Source of the DNA: Octopus bimaculoides
Lineage: Eukaryota
Direction of reading: 5' to 3'
Length of the DNA: 64,000 nt
Assembly (NCBI RefSeq): GCF_001194135.2
Contig: NC_068988.1
Span: 73,705,027-73,769,026, forward strand
The position numbers and the translations under genes are program-made. The notes under the pieces were generated by a model. It saw only the letters and a program-made list of their open reading frames with translations. It was not told the DNA's origin and did no database searches. Positions 24,457 to 37,379 of the stretch are shown here, one piece after another (within the stretch, counting starts at the first letter, position 1; every line of letters starts with the position of its first letter).

Positions 24457-26294
24457 ATTATTCACTAATTTGATACAAATGCCAAACCTATTGTTATAAT
24501 AGCTCAAAGGAATTCTATGGACAAGTAAACTTTCATCAGAAAAGAGGTAAACTACTTATTTGAAGTTTTCATAGAATCAAATAATTCTCCAAGAAGAGCC
24601 CAAGTTGTTGTAATGAAAAATGAAAATTGCAAAAAAATAATTTGTTACTGATTTTTTAACCAGTGTCAACACTTAATGTATTTTTATTGTCTATTACTGA
24701 TGAGTTACTATATTGCAACATTTTTATTTTCCCATAGTTGACATGAAACGTGTCTATAGCTACCAGATCACCCTTACATTGCTTTACAAGGTTTGAGACA
24801 ATTGTATCACTATACAATGTATGCATTTGGCCTTATTAACAGAGTAGCATGTTTTCAACAAGTGATAAACCAGATTATCTCACAGAATAATCTTACATCT
24901 ACTTATTTGAATTTACATGACATTATTCATCATCCTCATTTTACGTTTGTTTTTACATGCAGCATGGATAGAACAAATTATTGTATATAATAATTCCATT
25001 AGAAACCAATATAACTATCTAGCAAACAACGCATTTCAGTTTCCTCTGTTATTTCATTCAAGACTACAAAATAACACCTGTTCCTCATAGAGTTTCTACT
25101 TAAATTGCCCTTAATTACTAGTTCTAAATAGGAACTTGTAAAACGTCATTGGGTTGCTAGTTCATTACAATAAATAGAGGAGGCATTTTTCTGAGAAAGT
25201 AAAACCCATAAAGAAATGTATCATTTTTCCTATTCTTTAAGAAGCAGTTACTGCTTTCAAAACTACTAAAATCGATGAAGAAAATGCTTACCATCATGCT
25301 CATGACAATTCCATTTGCTGTTAAGATCAAAGCAACAAACATTGTTTTTGCCACACATTACCACCCACTCTTTGCAAAAGTAAACTGTAGGATTCTTCTA
25401 TTGAAAAAGAACCCGCTGTAATTGTTGAGTGCATATGTAAATGGCAACACACCCAAATTTTGGAGACTAAAAAAGCATACAATTTGAGTTTGACGAATTG
25501 CATAAACACAAAATAAAGACTCACAAGATATTATACTGGAGGGTCAAACTTTCTCATATAATTTTGACATTTTCTGCAGATGAGGGAAAGAGAAGGTGTA
25601 AACTGATGTCGTGTAAAATGTGCTGTTCAACTCAACCAGTCTGAAAATTTCTTCAGTGCATTCCTGATAAACTATGCCAACTACATGTGAGAAGATTGTT
25701 GCATTATGTAAAAGCAAAAAAACTTCCATTCTCTAAGGATGCTTTTCAAATCTGTTAAAACTAATTAATATGCTGCAAATTAAAACCTAAAATTTACAAT
25801 CCTACAGATTGTAAGCAGCCAGTATCTCAAAATGAACAACTCTCGAATTGGAACACCCAGTGTTATCCAGTGACAGAAGAGCTGTTTACACCTAACCCAG
25901 TAAGAAATTTTCTAAATCAACAAAGAATTGTACAAAGTAGAAGCATTATTTGCAATATTAGAGGAAACGGAAATACAGAAAAAAAAAAAACACTTAGACT
26001 ATGGTTAGTACTGTTAGTTTTTAAAGTAACAAAAATTTTCCTGAAACTTGTCTGAAAATAGTTTAAGAGCACCTAATCCAATTTTTGTTTTCTGCTCTCA
26101 ACCATTGAGACTACTCATGGCTGTTTTAACATTTTCTAGCTGACATTTCTCTACCTTCTAGTTAACTTAAACAAGCCTGTTCTCATTAAAAATAAAAAAA
26201 GCACAATCATGCAAAAACAACCCTTTAGTACAAAAAACTGAACTGCTGGAATGTAACAACAAATTTGCCTGTTTGGAAAAATAATGAATTAGTA

Positions 26295-27240
26295 GATATT
26301 GTTTTTCCATGCTGGCATGGGTTGGAAAAGCTCCAATGTCATTTTTGCCATTATTTCTATAGCTAGACCCCCTTCCTAATGACAACTACTTTACAGTGTA
26401 CAGGGTGCTTTTGTTTTTGTACCATCAGCACTAGTGAAGTTACCATGTAGCTTGCAAGACAGAAAAGAACAGGGGGGAAAGGGGGAAAAATCCTACTATT
26501 GAGAGGAAGTAATTGGGAGAGAAAGTAGGTGGTGGGTGGCTGTTGAAAGGCTAAAATACAATAGAGGGACAAGCACAGGTGGCTTGCTACAGAGGAGATA
26601 AATGACTGAAGGAGATAAGAGGAAGGTAGTGATGGGGTAGTAGAGCAAACTCTCAAGGAACAAGAAGGTGAGCGTAAGAGAAAATATGTATAGTGAGTCA
26701 TGAGAGGAAATGAGGAAGTGGAAGCTTTCATAAGTGTTAAGCAGGAGTAAACAGGTAGAGGTAGGGGTAGAGGTAGATGATGGGAGATAGTATTGTAGAG
26801 GGTAAGGTGGGAGATATAGGAGTGGCTCAGGAAAGAGAAAAGAACAGTAAGAAGTGGGATGATGTGCGTGGTGTAGGTGTAGGAGCAATGGAAAGAGAGA
26901 TATGGGGATACATAAGGGGCTAATGTAGATGGGTCATGATTGTAGACATGGGAGGGGATAAGAGAGGTGTTTAGAATGGAGAATAGTAGAGGGGAGAAAC
27001 AACAATGACTGAAGGCCCAGGAATGAGGTAACTGGTTGAAATAGTGGGGCAGGGACAATGCGGACTGAGAGTGGCTCTTGGGAGGAGGTTACTGTTAGGG
27101 AGGGGATAGATTGTAATATGTGCTCACAAGTGGGTACAGCAGCCAAATAGTATCATAGGCGGAAGAGGGGTGAAAATTGGGCGGAGGAGAATGCTTGATG
27201 TCTCAGAGAGAGAGGAGGGAGGAGGAGTGACGGGGTTTCA
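26295..27240. repeat. RTE 3'-end remnant (minus, 26295-26460) joined to a purine-rich low-complexity tract
   Basis: tttccatgctggcatgggttgg...gacccccttcctaatgacaac followed by about 780 bp of G/A-rich sequence. Similar tracts at 39380-40030 and, pyrimidine-rich, at 46480-47190 and 59240-59640. Confidence 0.6.
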
Positions 27241-27487
27241 CACATACAAGCACATCACAATGTCTGACAACTCCACCAATTGCTGACTTGAGCTCAGATC
27301 TTAACAACACTTTCAACTTATCTGATTCTTCATTCCATAACAATATCGTTTCTCAAGAGGGAAAACTCTTTAACAAACGGTGATAATAAGGTTAATTTAC
27401 AGGGTTCTGTGATACCTATCATTGCTATTAAACTTTATAATTCTAACAGACCTATTAAACAGGTTTAAAAAATTCAATTCGTAACTT

Positions 27488-27519
<32 letters not shown>

Positions 27520-27529
27520 TTATTATTAT

Positions 27530-27700
27530 TTGGGTGAAATGCTTAACAGTATTTCATCTATCTTCAAATGCCACTGGGACTGACTTTGCCTTTCATCCTT
27601 TCCAGGTCGATAAAACAAGTACCAGTGAAACACTAGGATTGATGTAGTCAACTAGTCCCCTCCTGCCAAATTTCAGTAGAAAGGATTATCATTATCATTA
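27530..27700 (+). mobile_element. SINE remnant (second family; also 42630-42810 minus and 45670-45890 plus)
   Basis: Shared gactttgcctttcatcctttc.gggtcgataaaa.aagtaccag core. The 45670 copy retains ggtggtaagctggcagaatc...gggttcaaattc (A/B-box like). Confidence 0.7.
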
Positions 27701-28297
27701 CTATTATTATGTTAAATCTAATTTCAGGTTGGTGTTATGCTATACAATCTCAAAGTTTATTGTTTTTCTCAAAAGAAAGTGAATGTTGTGATTCTATTCT
27801 GAAAGTCTGTAGTGCTTTCTCCTATAAACCTCTCATTCCAATTAAAAACTATATATTTTCATGAAATACAATTAGTCTAGTATAAAAGTTATAAAAATAT
27901 GACTATCAAATGAAATTGGGCAAAATTTACTGTTCAATATTATGAAAGTTGTCAAAATAACCAATTCCTGAGCATTGATTTCCTAATTAAGTCGCAAATA
28001 AATAATAATGAATAAATAATTAATAAATAAAGCCACTGAATTCTAACTCACCACTTGAGGTACTAACAACCATTAAGCTTAAAAGTTGAAAGAAAAAAAT
28101 CCAAAGAAATTTACTTCATAAAATTAAATTTATAAAATAGTGCAAACAGGAAGTCATTTGACAAGATCTTTCCAAAATGAGTCTAAACTTAGTTCCTCAT
28201 ACAAAAGATTACTTAGTTCCAGTTTTTGATACCCAAATTAATAACATCATTTGATCTGAGGTTGTGAGTGGTTCAGGATTTAGCAACAGGGCTTTAA

Positions 28298-28509
28298 CCC
28301 TTTAGCATTTAAACCAGCCATGTCTAACCCAAATATTTTATATGTTCAAAACTAGCCAGATCTGGCCTCTCACATCTACCCTAGAATGTCATTCTAAAAA
28401 TAAACAATTACATCAAAATCTCAAAACTACAAGATAATGCATGATTAATTCCAAACAATGTGAATAAATAAGCATTATATTTGACAGAGTCAATCTGAAT
28501 ACAAAAGTG
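28298..28509. mobile_element. piggyBac-like MITE
   Basis: TTAA|ccctttagcattt ... aatacaaaagtg|TTAA; the right terminus is a degenerate aatgctaaaggg. Confidence 0.65.
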
Positions 28510-29620
28510 TTAAGACTGTAACATGGAATTGGTTAGTTCTCTTCCTTAAGCTAAATAGTGTTGTACCTCATTTGTTGAATAACGTCATGGTACTCAGTTT
28601 CTATTATCAAAACTTATGACAAAAGCACCACATCTCAAATCCCTAAACATTCCAAACAATCAAACAGACCCACATACAAAAAGAACTTTCAGTACAATAC
28701 TATTGACATACACCTAAAACACATCAGGCTTGAAAGAATCACTACACTCACCAACATCAACAATTGTTCATATTAATACTGCTATCAAGAAGAAACCTGA
28801 AAACTTGTTAGTAACAAATAAGGAATATATTCAAGAATATTATTAAGAAAACTGCTTAGAATAAAGTGTTCCACTCAACTACTACTAAAATAATAGCTTG
28901 CAGAAGACTAGAAAAAAATTTTGAAACATTGGCAATAGGAATTTTCATTTTCTAAAGAAAGCAAATGGTTAACAAAATATGAAATATATAAACTGGAGAA
29001 AATTCTTATTTTAATAAGTTTAAAGGTAGCTGAAGCTTCATTCTATTGCTATTCCAAGTTTCACAAATTAGAAATCAATCATATATTGAATACATTCTTT
29101 CTCTTTTGACTACTTACTCCAATATACACATATTCAATTTATAGTGATTATAAATTATAAGTGATTATAAATGATAAGAGGAGATTAAACAAATGTGTCC
29201 AGTCACAATAATGCATAACACACTGGATCCAGAGATATTGCTTAGTTTCATATATTGAAGGAATCTATGACAAAGAAAATTACATGTTAAAATATGTAGT
29301 GCTTTTATATGTTTTTAAAACCTCTACATCAGCTTTATTTAGCAATCTAATAAATATCTCCTGGGTGTTATGGAAAACAAAGAATAAAATCCAATTTGGA
29401 ATCTAATTCTTACTGAAAATTTTTTAAAACTCCATTTTGCAGCTATTATACAACTAGAGGTACTCTCATCGGATGGTTATCGAGCCAGCTTTGAGAAAGA
29501 ACATTATCTCTAATACTAATTTCAAAGGAATATTTATGATACATTCAAAAGAAAGCATAACTAGTTCTTATATTGAGAAAGATTAAGCGCTATAGATATG
29601 TAGCTGAACATGTGAAAGTA

Positions 29621-30462
29621 CAGGGTGTTCAGGCTATATTTGGTGATTTTTTTATGACTCCTATTTTCAAGAAACAGCTTGATGTATTAGCGAAAAGTGA
29701 ACAGCGTTGGAGAGCATAAACATTTAAGTTGTAGTTGAGAAAAAGTTAGCTGACATGGAGGACTGAAAGCTATCTGAATATTGGAAAAGAGTTACCTGTG
29801 TCATGATGATTTGTGCTGGGTATCAAAATGCCAACATCATAACTGCTGCTCAATGCTCTGTGAACACGGTAAACATCGTCCAATGTGATGTCCCATGTAC
29901 CATGGAAACCAAGGTCCTCCAAACTGTGTTCTTTGGGTGTGTCTCCAGTGAGGATAACGCTATGCCACCCCACATCTTTGAATAGGGCCTTAAACTCAAT
30001 TCAGACAGCTATGCAAAGCTGCTGAAGACTGTGGTCACATCCTGGCTGAAGAAAGTTACTACTGGAAGGCCATATGTGTGGCAGCAGGATTCAGTTCCTT
30101 CACATACCTCCAAAATGAGTCAGAAGTGGTTGTCAGAGAATTTCTACAGCTTCACCAACACCAATTTCTGGCCTCCTAATTCCCCCAATTGTAATCCCAT
30201 GGATTACCATGTGTGAGGTGCAGGCCAAGACATGGAGGTGTCCAAAGATTTTCCCAGGGACATAGCGAAGAATGCATGCACCACATTCTGGAATTGTCTT
30301 GAGGCCACAGTGGAAGCTGAGGTCAGCTACTTTGAATGTTAGCTCCCAGTCATAATCTAGTTGATACTTTTTGATTTCTTTTAAATGCTTTTATTTTCAG
30401 ATGGGAAATGGTCTTCTCTTTTTTCTTTTATGCAAACTGTCAAATATAGCCTGAACATCCTG
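29621..30462 (+). mobile_element. Internally deleted Tc1/mariner-superfamily transposon
   Basis: TIR TA|cagggtgttcaggctatatt versus aatatagcctgaacatcctg. Transposase remnant WQQDSVPSHTS...WPPNSPNCNPMDYHV. Confidence 0.9.
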
Positions 30463-30638
30463 CAAATACTTTTTTTTTTTTTGGTACTGACAAAGAAATT
30501 TTGTTTTATTACAATGGTGTCATATGAAAGGTGAGTAAAAAAAATATTGTCACGAAAAAAATTATTTCAATGTATTCAAGCTAGTTCAAGTATAATATCT
30601 AATCTATGGTTGTGTGATTAAAATGTTAACTTCAAAAT

Positions 30639-33600
30639 TGTTGTGGAAGGATTCCAACCACCCACTAAGTGACTGAAAGTGAATGACACATTGCTATAAA
30701 ATAAATAACTGTCAGTATTTCATGGTAAAGCAGTTCACTGTGAGCCATTGGCAGAGAGTGCTTAACCTTGTGTAACAGTAATCGTAGTGCATCATGTGAA
30801 CAGTTTCTTTCCCACTGCTTCATCAAATTATTTATCCAACACCAGGATATAAAAGTGGCAATGAGTTATTCAAAGCTTGCAGTGGAAGTTAATTTTTTTT
30901 TTATATACAAAACCAAAGAAAAAAAACATTAACATGGAGGTACAGTTACAACAGCAAGAGCAGCAACAACAACAGCAGCTGCAACAGCAACTACAACAGC
31001 AACACTAACAGTTGCTGGAATTAATGTTGAAGAAGTCTGAAAATACTTCAGATTCTTACTCGCCAGACAGCATAGCAAATTCAATTGAAGAATTCAGCTA
31101 TAAACCAGAAGAAGGGATTACCTTCTCTGCATGATACAAAAAAATCTTCAAAGAACAAAGTAAAAATTGGACAGACAAGAAAAAAGTATGACTACTTTTA
31201 AGAAAGTTATCCCCTGCCAAACACAAAAAATATAGTAACTATATTCTGCCAAAGAAACCAGGTGAGATCTGTTTTATTGAATATTTTCAGTGACAGAAGT
31301 TCCCTGTTCAGTACTCGCTGGCAGTGTTTAAATTTGGTCAAAAAAGATGAAGATTTCTTCACCTATGCCGGGGTTGTTAACAGAGAGTGTGAAAAATTCA
31401 AATTAAATGAATTAACCCTGGACATGTTCAAACATCTAATTTTTGTTCAAGGGCTAACTGCAAACAAAGATGCAGATATACGTTCCCAGATATTAATAAA
31501 ATTAGAACTGGACCAAAAATTAACTCTACAAGTAGTAGCAGGAGAATGCCAGAGGATTATAAATCTAAGACATGATGCAGATAAAATTGATGAAAAAGAT
31601 TGCTCTCATATTCATGCATATCGACCAGTAATGGATAAGAAAAAAGAGAAAAAATGTCAAGACCAAATTCATGTTGAGTGCTGTGGTCTACATTTTAAAA
31701 GCAACTGTCCGTTTAAAAATATAAAATGCTTCAAGTGTGGTAAGATAGGTCATAAAAAATCACACTGTAAAGCAAAACCTAAAAAATGGTTCATCAGAAA
31801 ATATCATGTAAACAGGTTATCAGTGACAAGAAATACGAACGAGCCTCAAAGGAAATTTGTGAATGTAAAAATTAATAACACAAACGTAAAGTTACAATTG
31901 GATACAAGCAGTGATATCTCGATAATTAATGCAGATACATGGGAAAAAATCAGGAGACCTAGATTAAAAGAAACTTTGAAAATTGCCCACAGTGTTTCAG
32001 GAAAAAAATTACATTTTAAGAGTGAAATGATAAGTGATGTTACATTTCATGGAAAAACCTCAAAAGCCAAAGTTTTCGTATTGAATAATAAGACAAATTT
32101 ATTTAAAACAGACTGGATGGAATTATGTCACTTATGGGACTTCCCTATAAATCTTTTCTGCAAAAACATGAAGGGCTTTTCCACCAGTTGTCAGACAAAT
32201 TAAAAAAAAAAATTTAAAAAGATCTTTCCTGAAATTTTGTCTGACGAATTAGGTTTGTGCACCAAAACAAAGGTGAAGTTTCAAGTAAAAGAAAAGGTTA
32301 CACTGGTATTTAAACCAAAACGAATTGTACCTTTCATACCATTGAAACAAGTCAACATTGGATACACTTGAAAAGCATAGAGCTACTGAAAAAAATTGAT
32401 TATGCTGAATGGGCATCCCCAACAGTTTACATGATAAAAAAAAAACAATAAAATCCAGTTATGCGCGGATTTTCATCTAGTTTAAATGAGTGTTTGATGA
32501 CACATAATTACCTGCTACCAAGTCCAGAAGAAATTTCTACAAAGTTAAATGAAGGAAAATTTTTTTTCAAAGTTGGACCTATCTGAAGCATACCTACAGG
32601 TACAAGGTGAAGAGGGGTGTTCAAAACTATTAACAATAAACACTCACAGAGGAGTATTCAATAGACTTCCTTTTGGTGTAAAGGTAGCACCAGGTATTTT
32701 CCAGCAAGTTATGGACACTATGCTAGCAGGTTGGGATTTCACAATAGCCTACCTGGATGACATGCTCATTAAAAGTGAATGCTGGGACCAGCATGTAAAA
32801 CATGTAAAATATGTGTTCAGAAAAATTAGGGATTATGACTTCACTTTGAGTGAGGAGAAGTGTGAATTCTCCTTACTGAAAATAAAATATTTAGGGCAAA
32901 TCATTGACAAAAATGGATGTCAACCAAATTCATCAAGGGCATTAACAGTATGCCCCCTCCAAGAAATATATCTACCTTACAAGTTTTTTGGGAACAGGCA
33001 AATTATTACCAAAATTATATACCAAATATGCATAAGGTAGGAGCTCCACTAAATAATCTACTAAAAAAAATGTAAAATGGAATTGGTCTGAAAAATTGTT
33101 AGAAGGCAGTCAAAGAAATTAAAGAAATATTAACATCTGATTTGTCATTAGCACATTTCAATCCCACAGTGGAGATTGTAGTAGCTTCAGATGTCTTTGA
33201 GTACAGTATTGGAGCAGTAATGCTACATAAATATAGATGGTAACATAAAGACTGTGGTTCATGCTTCACATTCTCTGCCACCAGCAGAGAAAAATTACAG
33301 CCAAATCGAAAAAGAGGCTCTAGTGATTATTTTTGCCACAAAAAAATTGCACAGACTTTTACACAGTAGAAGTTTTCCACTACAGACTGATCATCATCTG
33401 TTATTATCTATATATGGGCCGAAGAAAGGAATCCCCACCCATACTGCTAATAGGTTGCAACGCTGGGGTACTATACACTGTTTATCAAGACTGATTTTTT
33501 TAAATGCTGAACCATTTGAAGATACCATGATTATTGCGTTGCAAGCGTAAAGTGAAATTTAAAATGTTTTGTGTAGTGTCATATGTGAACTGCCAGTTAC

Positions 33601-35674
33601 ATTACAAGACATAAAATTAAAAGTAGAAAATGATCAATTCATTAAGGCAAGGCTAACACCTCAGACATAGGAAAACACTCTTAAATTGAAGATGCTCTCA
33701 CTCAGCAAGAATAAAACCCAGGTAAACTAAATATGGCATACATCAAGAACTATGTCAGATCTATCAAAACACATATTCAAACTTCCACATTATCTATTTA
33801 TGACCTAATTATAATTTCAAAATTACCAATAAGGCAAACACACCCTTATTTTAGGTCAATCTTTCTACTAAACTATCAAAGATAATATGCTCTAACTTGG
33901 AATGCCAACAGACTGGGGTACAGACTAGATGTTGACTCAAAGACATTGATAAAGTTGGCCTAGATTTCATTGTGGGGTTACTCATAGCCATATGCAGCAG
34001 TTTAAGCGATTTTGACACCCAAGGAGTAGCATTCAAGTGTCTCTGGAAGATGAACATATAAAGTGTATCTAATCACACTAGAATAGTATCTAGGCATGTA
34101 TCAAAGTAATACACATGCAAAATTTCAACCTATTACATCAATTATTCTCAGAGATATTGTGACCTAAAGATTGAGAAAAACGTTGGAAATGGTTGATTTT
34201 CCAACAATGTCCAACTACACAAGGATAATATCCACATATTAGCGAAATATTTGCAGTTTTGCACAGTCTAATAATGCCCAGAGGCATATCCATTGCTATT
34301 TTTCTGAGATTTTGCTATCTGAAATCTGGGGTGTTAATCTTGCCTTTAAAAAAATGAAAGAAATGCTGAGGGCTAAAAGAGATAAAAATATGCGTTTTTC
34401 TGAACACAACACAAATTCAAATCCATTCTTAACATGTGACAATGTGTTGATGTACGCACAAAGAGTCATAGTGCCAGCCACACTGCAGAAGTGATTACTA
34501 AAGGAATTTCACATTGGTCACCTAGGGATTTCAAGAATGAAATTGTTAATGAGAAGTTATATATATTGGCCAACAATGGACCGTAACATTGAAGAACTAG
34601 TGAAAGCATACAAAGGCTGTGCCCTAGCTGCAAAAGCACCTACCACTAAAAGGCAACCGTAGCCAAAAACAGATATTCCATGGTCCAGACTACATGTTGA
34701 TTATGCAGATCCACTCAAGGGTTCATATTACCTTGTTGTGGTGGACAGTTTTTCAAAGTGACCTGAAGTGCATAAGTGTAAAAAGACAACACATGTGGTT
34801 ACAGTAAGTTTTGTACACAAATTGTTCACCAGATATGGCATTCCTGACACCATCATGTCCAATAATGGAACTCAATTTACTTCAGATGAGTTCAGAAAAT
34901 TTTGTAAAATGTTCATAATTGAACATGTGACCACTCTGCTGTATCATCCTAGGTCAAATGGCCAAGGGGAGCATTTTGTTGACACTTCCAAGAGGGCCTT
35001 AAAAAAGGTCAACAATGAAGTAATGGACTACCTTGTACTTCAAACAATTTCTAAGAATGTACTGAGTAACACCTAATCTGAATACTCCATCTGGAATGTT
35101 GCCTGAAGAATTGATGTTTGCTAGAAAGGTCAGATCTATCTTTCATAAGCTAATACTGAGTGAAAATGGGAAAAAGGTGAACAACAAATATACTTCAAAA
35201 TTTTTTAAGTTAGGTGACAAAGTATTTTTTAAAACCTATAGATATGATAAAGAAAACTGGGAGGATGGTGTAATTATTAAACAAACTGGAAGAATGTTAT
35301 TCCTGGTAAAAGGAAAAAAAGACATATTAACCAACTTAAAAAAAGATTCACAGAAAAGCAGTTACGAGAAATGAAATCCCTATGGAAGTATTTCATGACA
35401 TGTTTGAGGTACCAAACCCAAAGAATTTGAAATTACATGTTCTAGCACCAGAAAATGGAAAAAAAACAGAAACACTGGAATTGAACCCTAAGCGTAAGAG
35501 ATATTAAAACTCTGAGTGGAGTTTAATTCACAAAAGGGGAGAAATTAGGGGAGACTAAATCTAAAAAGGGCAGATGTTATGGAAGGATTCTGATCACCCC
35601 CAAGTGAATGAAAGTGGACTGACACATTGCTATAAAATAAAGAACTGTCAGCAGTTCATGGTAAAGCAGTTCAC
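30639..35674 (+). mobile_element. Decayed Ty3/Gypsy LTR retrotransposon (gag CCHC, protease, RT, RNase H, integrase)
   Basis: 5' LTR 30639 to about 30854 and truncated 3' LTR 35575-35674 (tgtt.tggaaggattc...ggtaaagcagttcac). PBS-like gtggcaatgag; PPT aaaaagggcaga. Motifs CFKCGKIGHKKSHC, LDTSSD, YLDD, EKEAL, integrase SNNGTQFTS. Many stops and frameshifts. Confidence 0.95.
33646..34345. mobile_element. TTAA-flanked non-autonomous DNA transposon (Kolobok-like termini) nested in the Gypsy pol
   Basis: TTAA|ggcaaggctaacacctcaga versus tctggggtgttaatcttgcct|TTAA. The Gypsy coding sequence resumes on both sides. Confidence 0.6.
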
Positions 35675-37298
35675 CAAGGATGAAGCATAAAAATGATTGA
35701 TATATTCACATTAGTATTTGCCAGAATGTATTAAGAATGAATAGAGATGTTATTGCTTAAATTCTTGCTGTTTTGCATGCACATAATGAAAAACCAAAGC
35801 TGAGAAACTGAATTTGTACGTGTTTAATATACAATCAAACTGAGTAAACTCAACCCAATCAACTAGCCCTCAACACTCCACAGACATCCCATACATTAAA
35901 CCTATATTAACTATGTATTGATCAAATCACTAGTGAGTGACTGAACTGAGCATTGAAGTTTCCTATAGTTTTAGAATTATTAATTCTTGGTTCATTTATC
36001 CTTAGTTAAATCTTTTAAGTTCTAAATGTTTCCTACAAATCTCTAAGGCAAGCTGATAAATAAGTATCTTCAACAAAGATGTTGCACATGAAAGATTTAC
36101 AGAAATAGACATTCTGAAAGTATCACCATATTTCTATAATGATACTAGTTAAGATGACAGACTCAACAGAACAAATTGAAATGCTGAACTTTGTAAGCTT
36201 ATTTATAAAGTAATATGATATTGCAAATGTAGTGAGAACTTAATGAAAGTCAAGAAACATAACTACCACATTTAGCAGCTGACTAATTCAGCTACACTGA
36301 GATTTTGCATAAAGAAGAATTCACTAATTCTGATAAAATTTGGGATTAGCAAATGTAATTTACACCATCTTCTATTAGTATATGGTTCACATATTTTTTT
36401 TTATATTGCAACTGCAAAACTTAACTGTAAATGCCAGCAACATCAGTTGAAATCACAGTAACCAAACATCTAGAATTTTTTAGATTGATAGCAAAAATTA
36501 ATAAATTCACTTCAACAATAACTAGGACAATTAATGTAAAATGATCTTAGCAAGGGTTATAGCAAAGTTCTTGTATAGCTTCAAAAAGCAACAAGAAGAA
36601 ATAATGCCTACAAGATAACAAGTGTAGTTATGGTGAATGGGCTTGTCGCCAATTAACTAGGTGAGTTTTTCTGTTGAGAATATTTAAGTGTGCTGCAGAT
36701 ACATGCAGAAATACTGAACACACTTGAGCTTTGTAAAGAACTACAGCCACCAAATGAAATAAATTGTAACAGTATATCTATGCATGTGAATATAATTCTA
36801 TTGCATTTCATTTTGTTTGTATAATCAATAGGTGAATAACATGCTGAATAATATTAGGTTACATAATCAATATGCAGATAATTTATAAGAAATGAAAAAA
36901 ATCTAAAAGTAAGAATATTTCTTTTGCTTGGTAATTATTGGTTAAAAAAAAAGGAGACTCTTTAGTTTCTACAGTGTTTGCGATATTTGTCCAGACACTG
37001 AAGCAAATCAGGCAAACACACAACAAAAACAATGACACCTAATATTTGAATAAAAAATCTTACTATTTCTTACTGATGTATGCAACATGTTACAGCTTAC
37101 TCTTCTCAAAAATGATAAAAAGATAAAACATTAGTAGAAAACATTCCTTTGAAATGCTACCATAATTAAATAACTACAGAATTTGTAAGTTTCTAGAAAT
37201 AAGTATTTTATTAAAATATTTCATATTATAAGAAAAGAAACAAGATATTACAAAACAAATTATTAATGTCAAACATTATTTAAAAATTATGTCCTTAC

Positions 37299-37379
37299 CA
37301 GTTGTCATCTTCCCACTGATGAAATCTGGATCTTTTTTAATGTCTGCTATGGCAGCCAGTGGAAGGCCCCAGTTGGCAA
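37299..37379 (-). CDS. MPC1: Mitochondrial pyruvate carrier 1, 81-nt exon: (V)[26 protein letters not shown]
   Basis: tcttattttattgttccag| acceptor and G|gtaagg donor; phase 1 at both ends joins GTT(V) and GCT(A). Matches MPC1 ANWGLPxAAIxDxKKxPxxISGxMT. Confidence 0.97.

Noticed and set aside
25292-25466. Exon-like segment with a hydrophobic translation (LGVLPFTY…MFVALILTANGIVMSMM)
   Set aside because: The hydrophobic frame has an in-frame TAA and I cannot assign a family. Could be rechecked as a poison exon with RNA-seq.
26363-27058. 231-aa Ser/Leu/Pro-rich ORF (similar: 39388-39852, 59173-59679)
   Set aside because: Pyrimidine-rich low-complexity tracts are depleted of stop codons; no splice or homology support.
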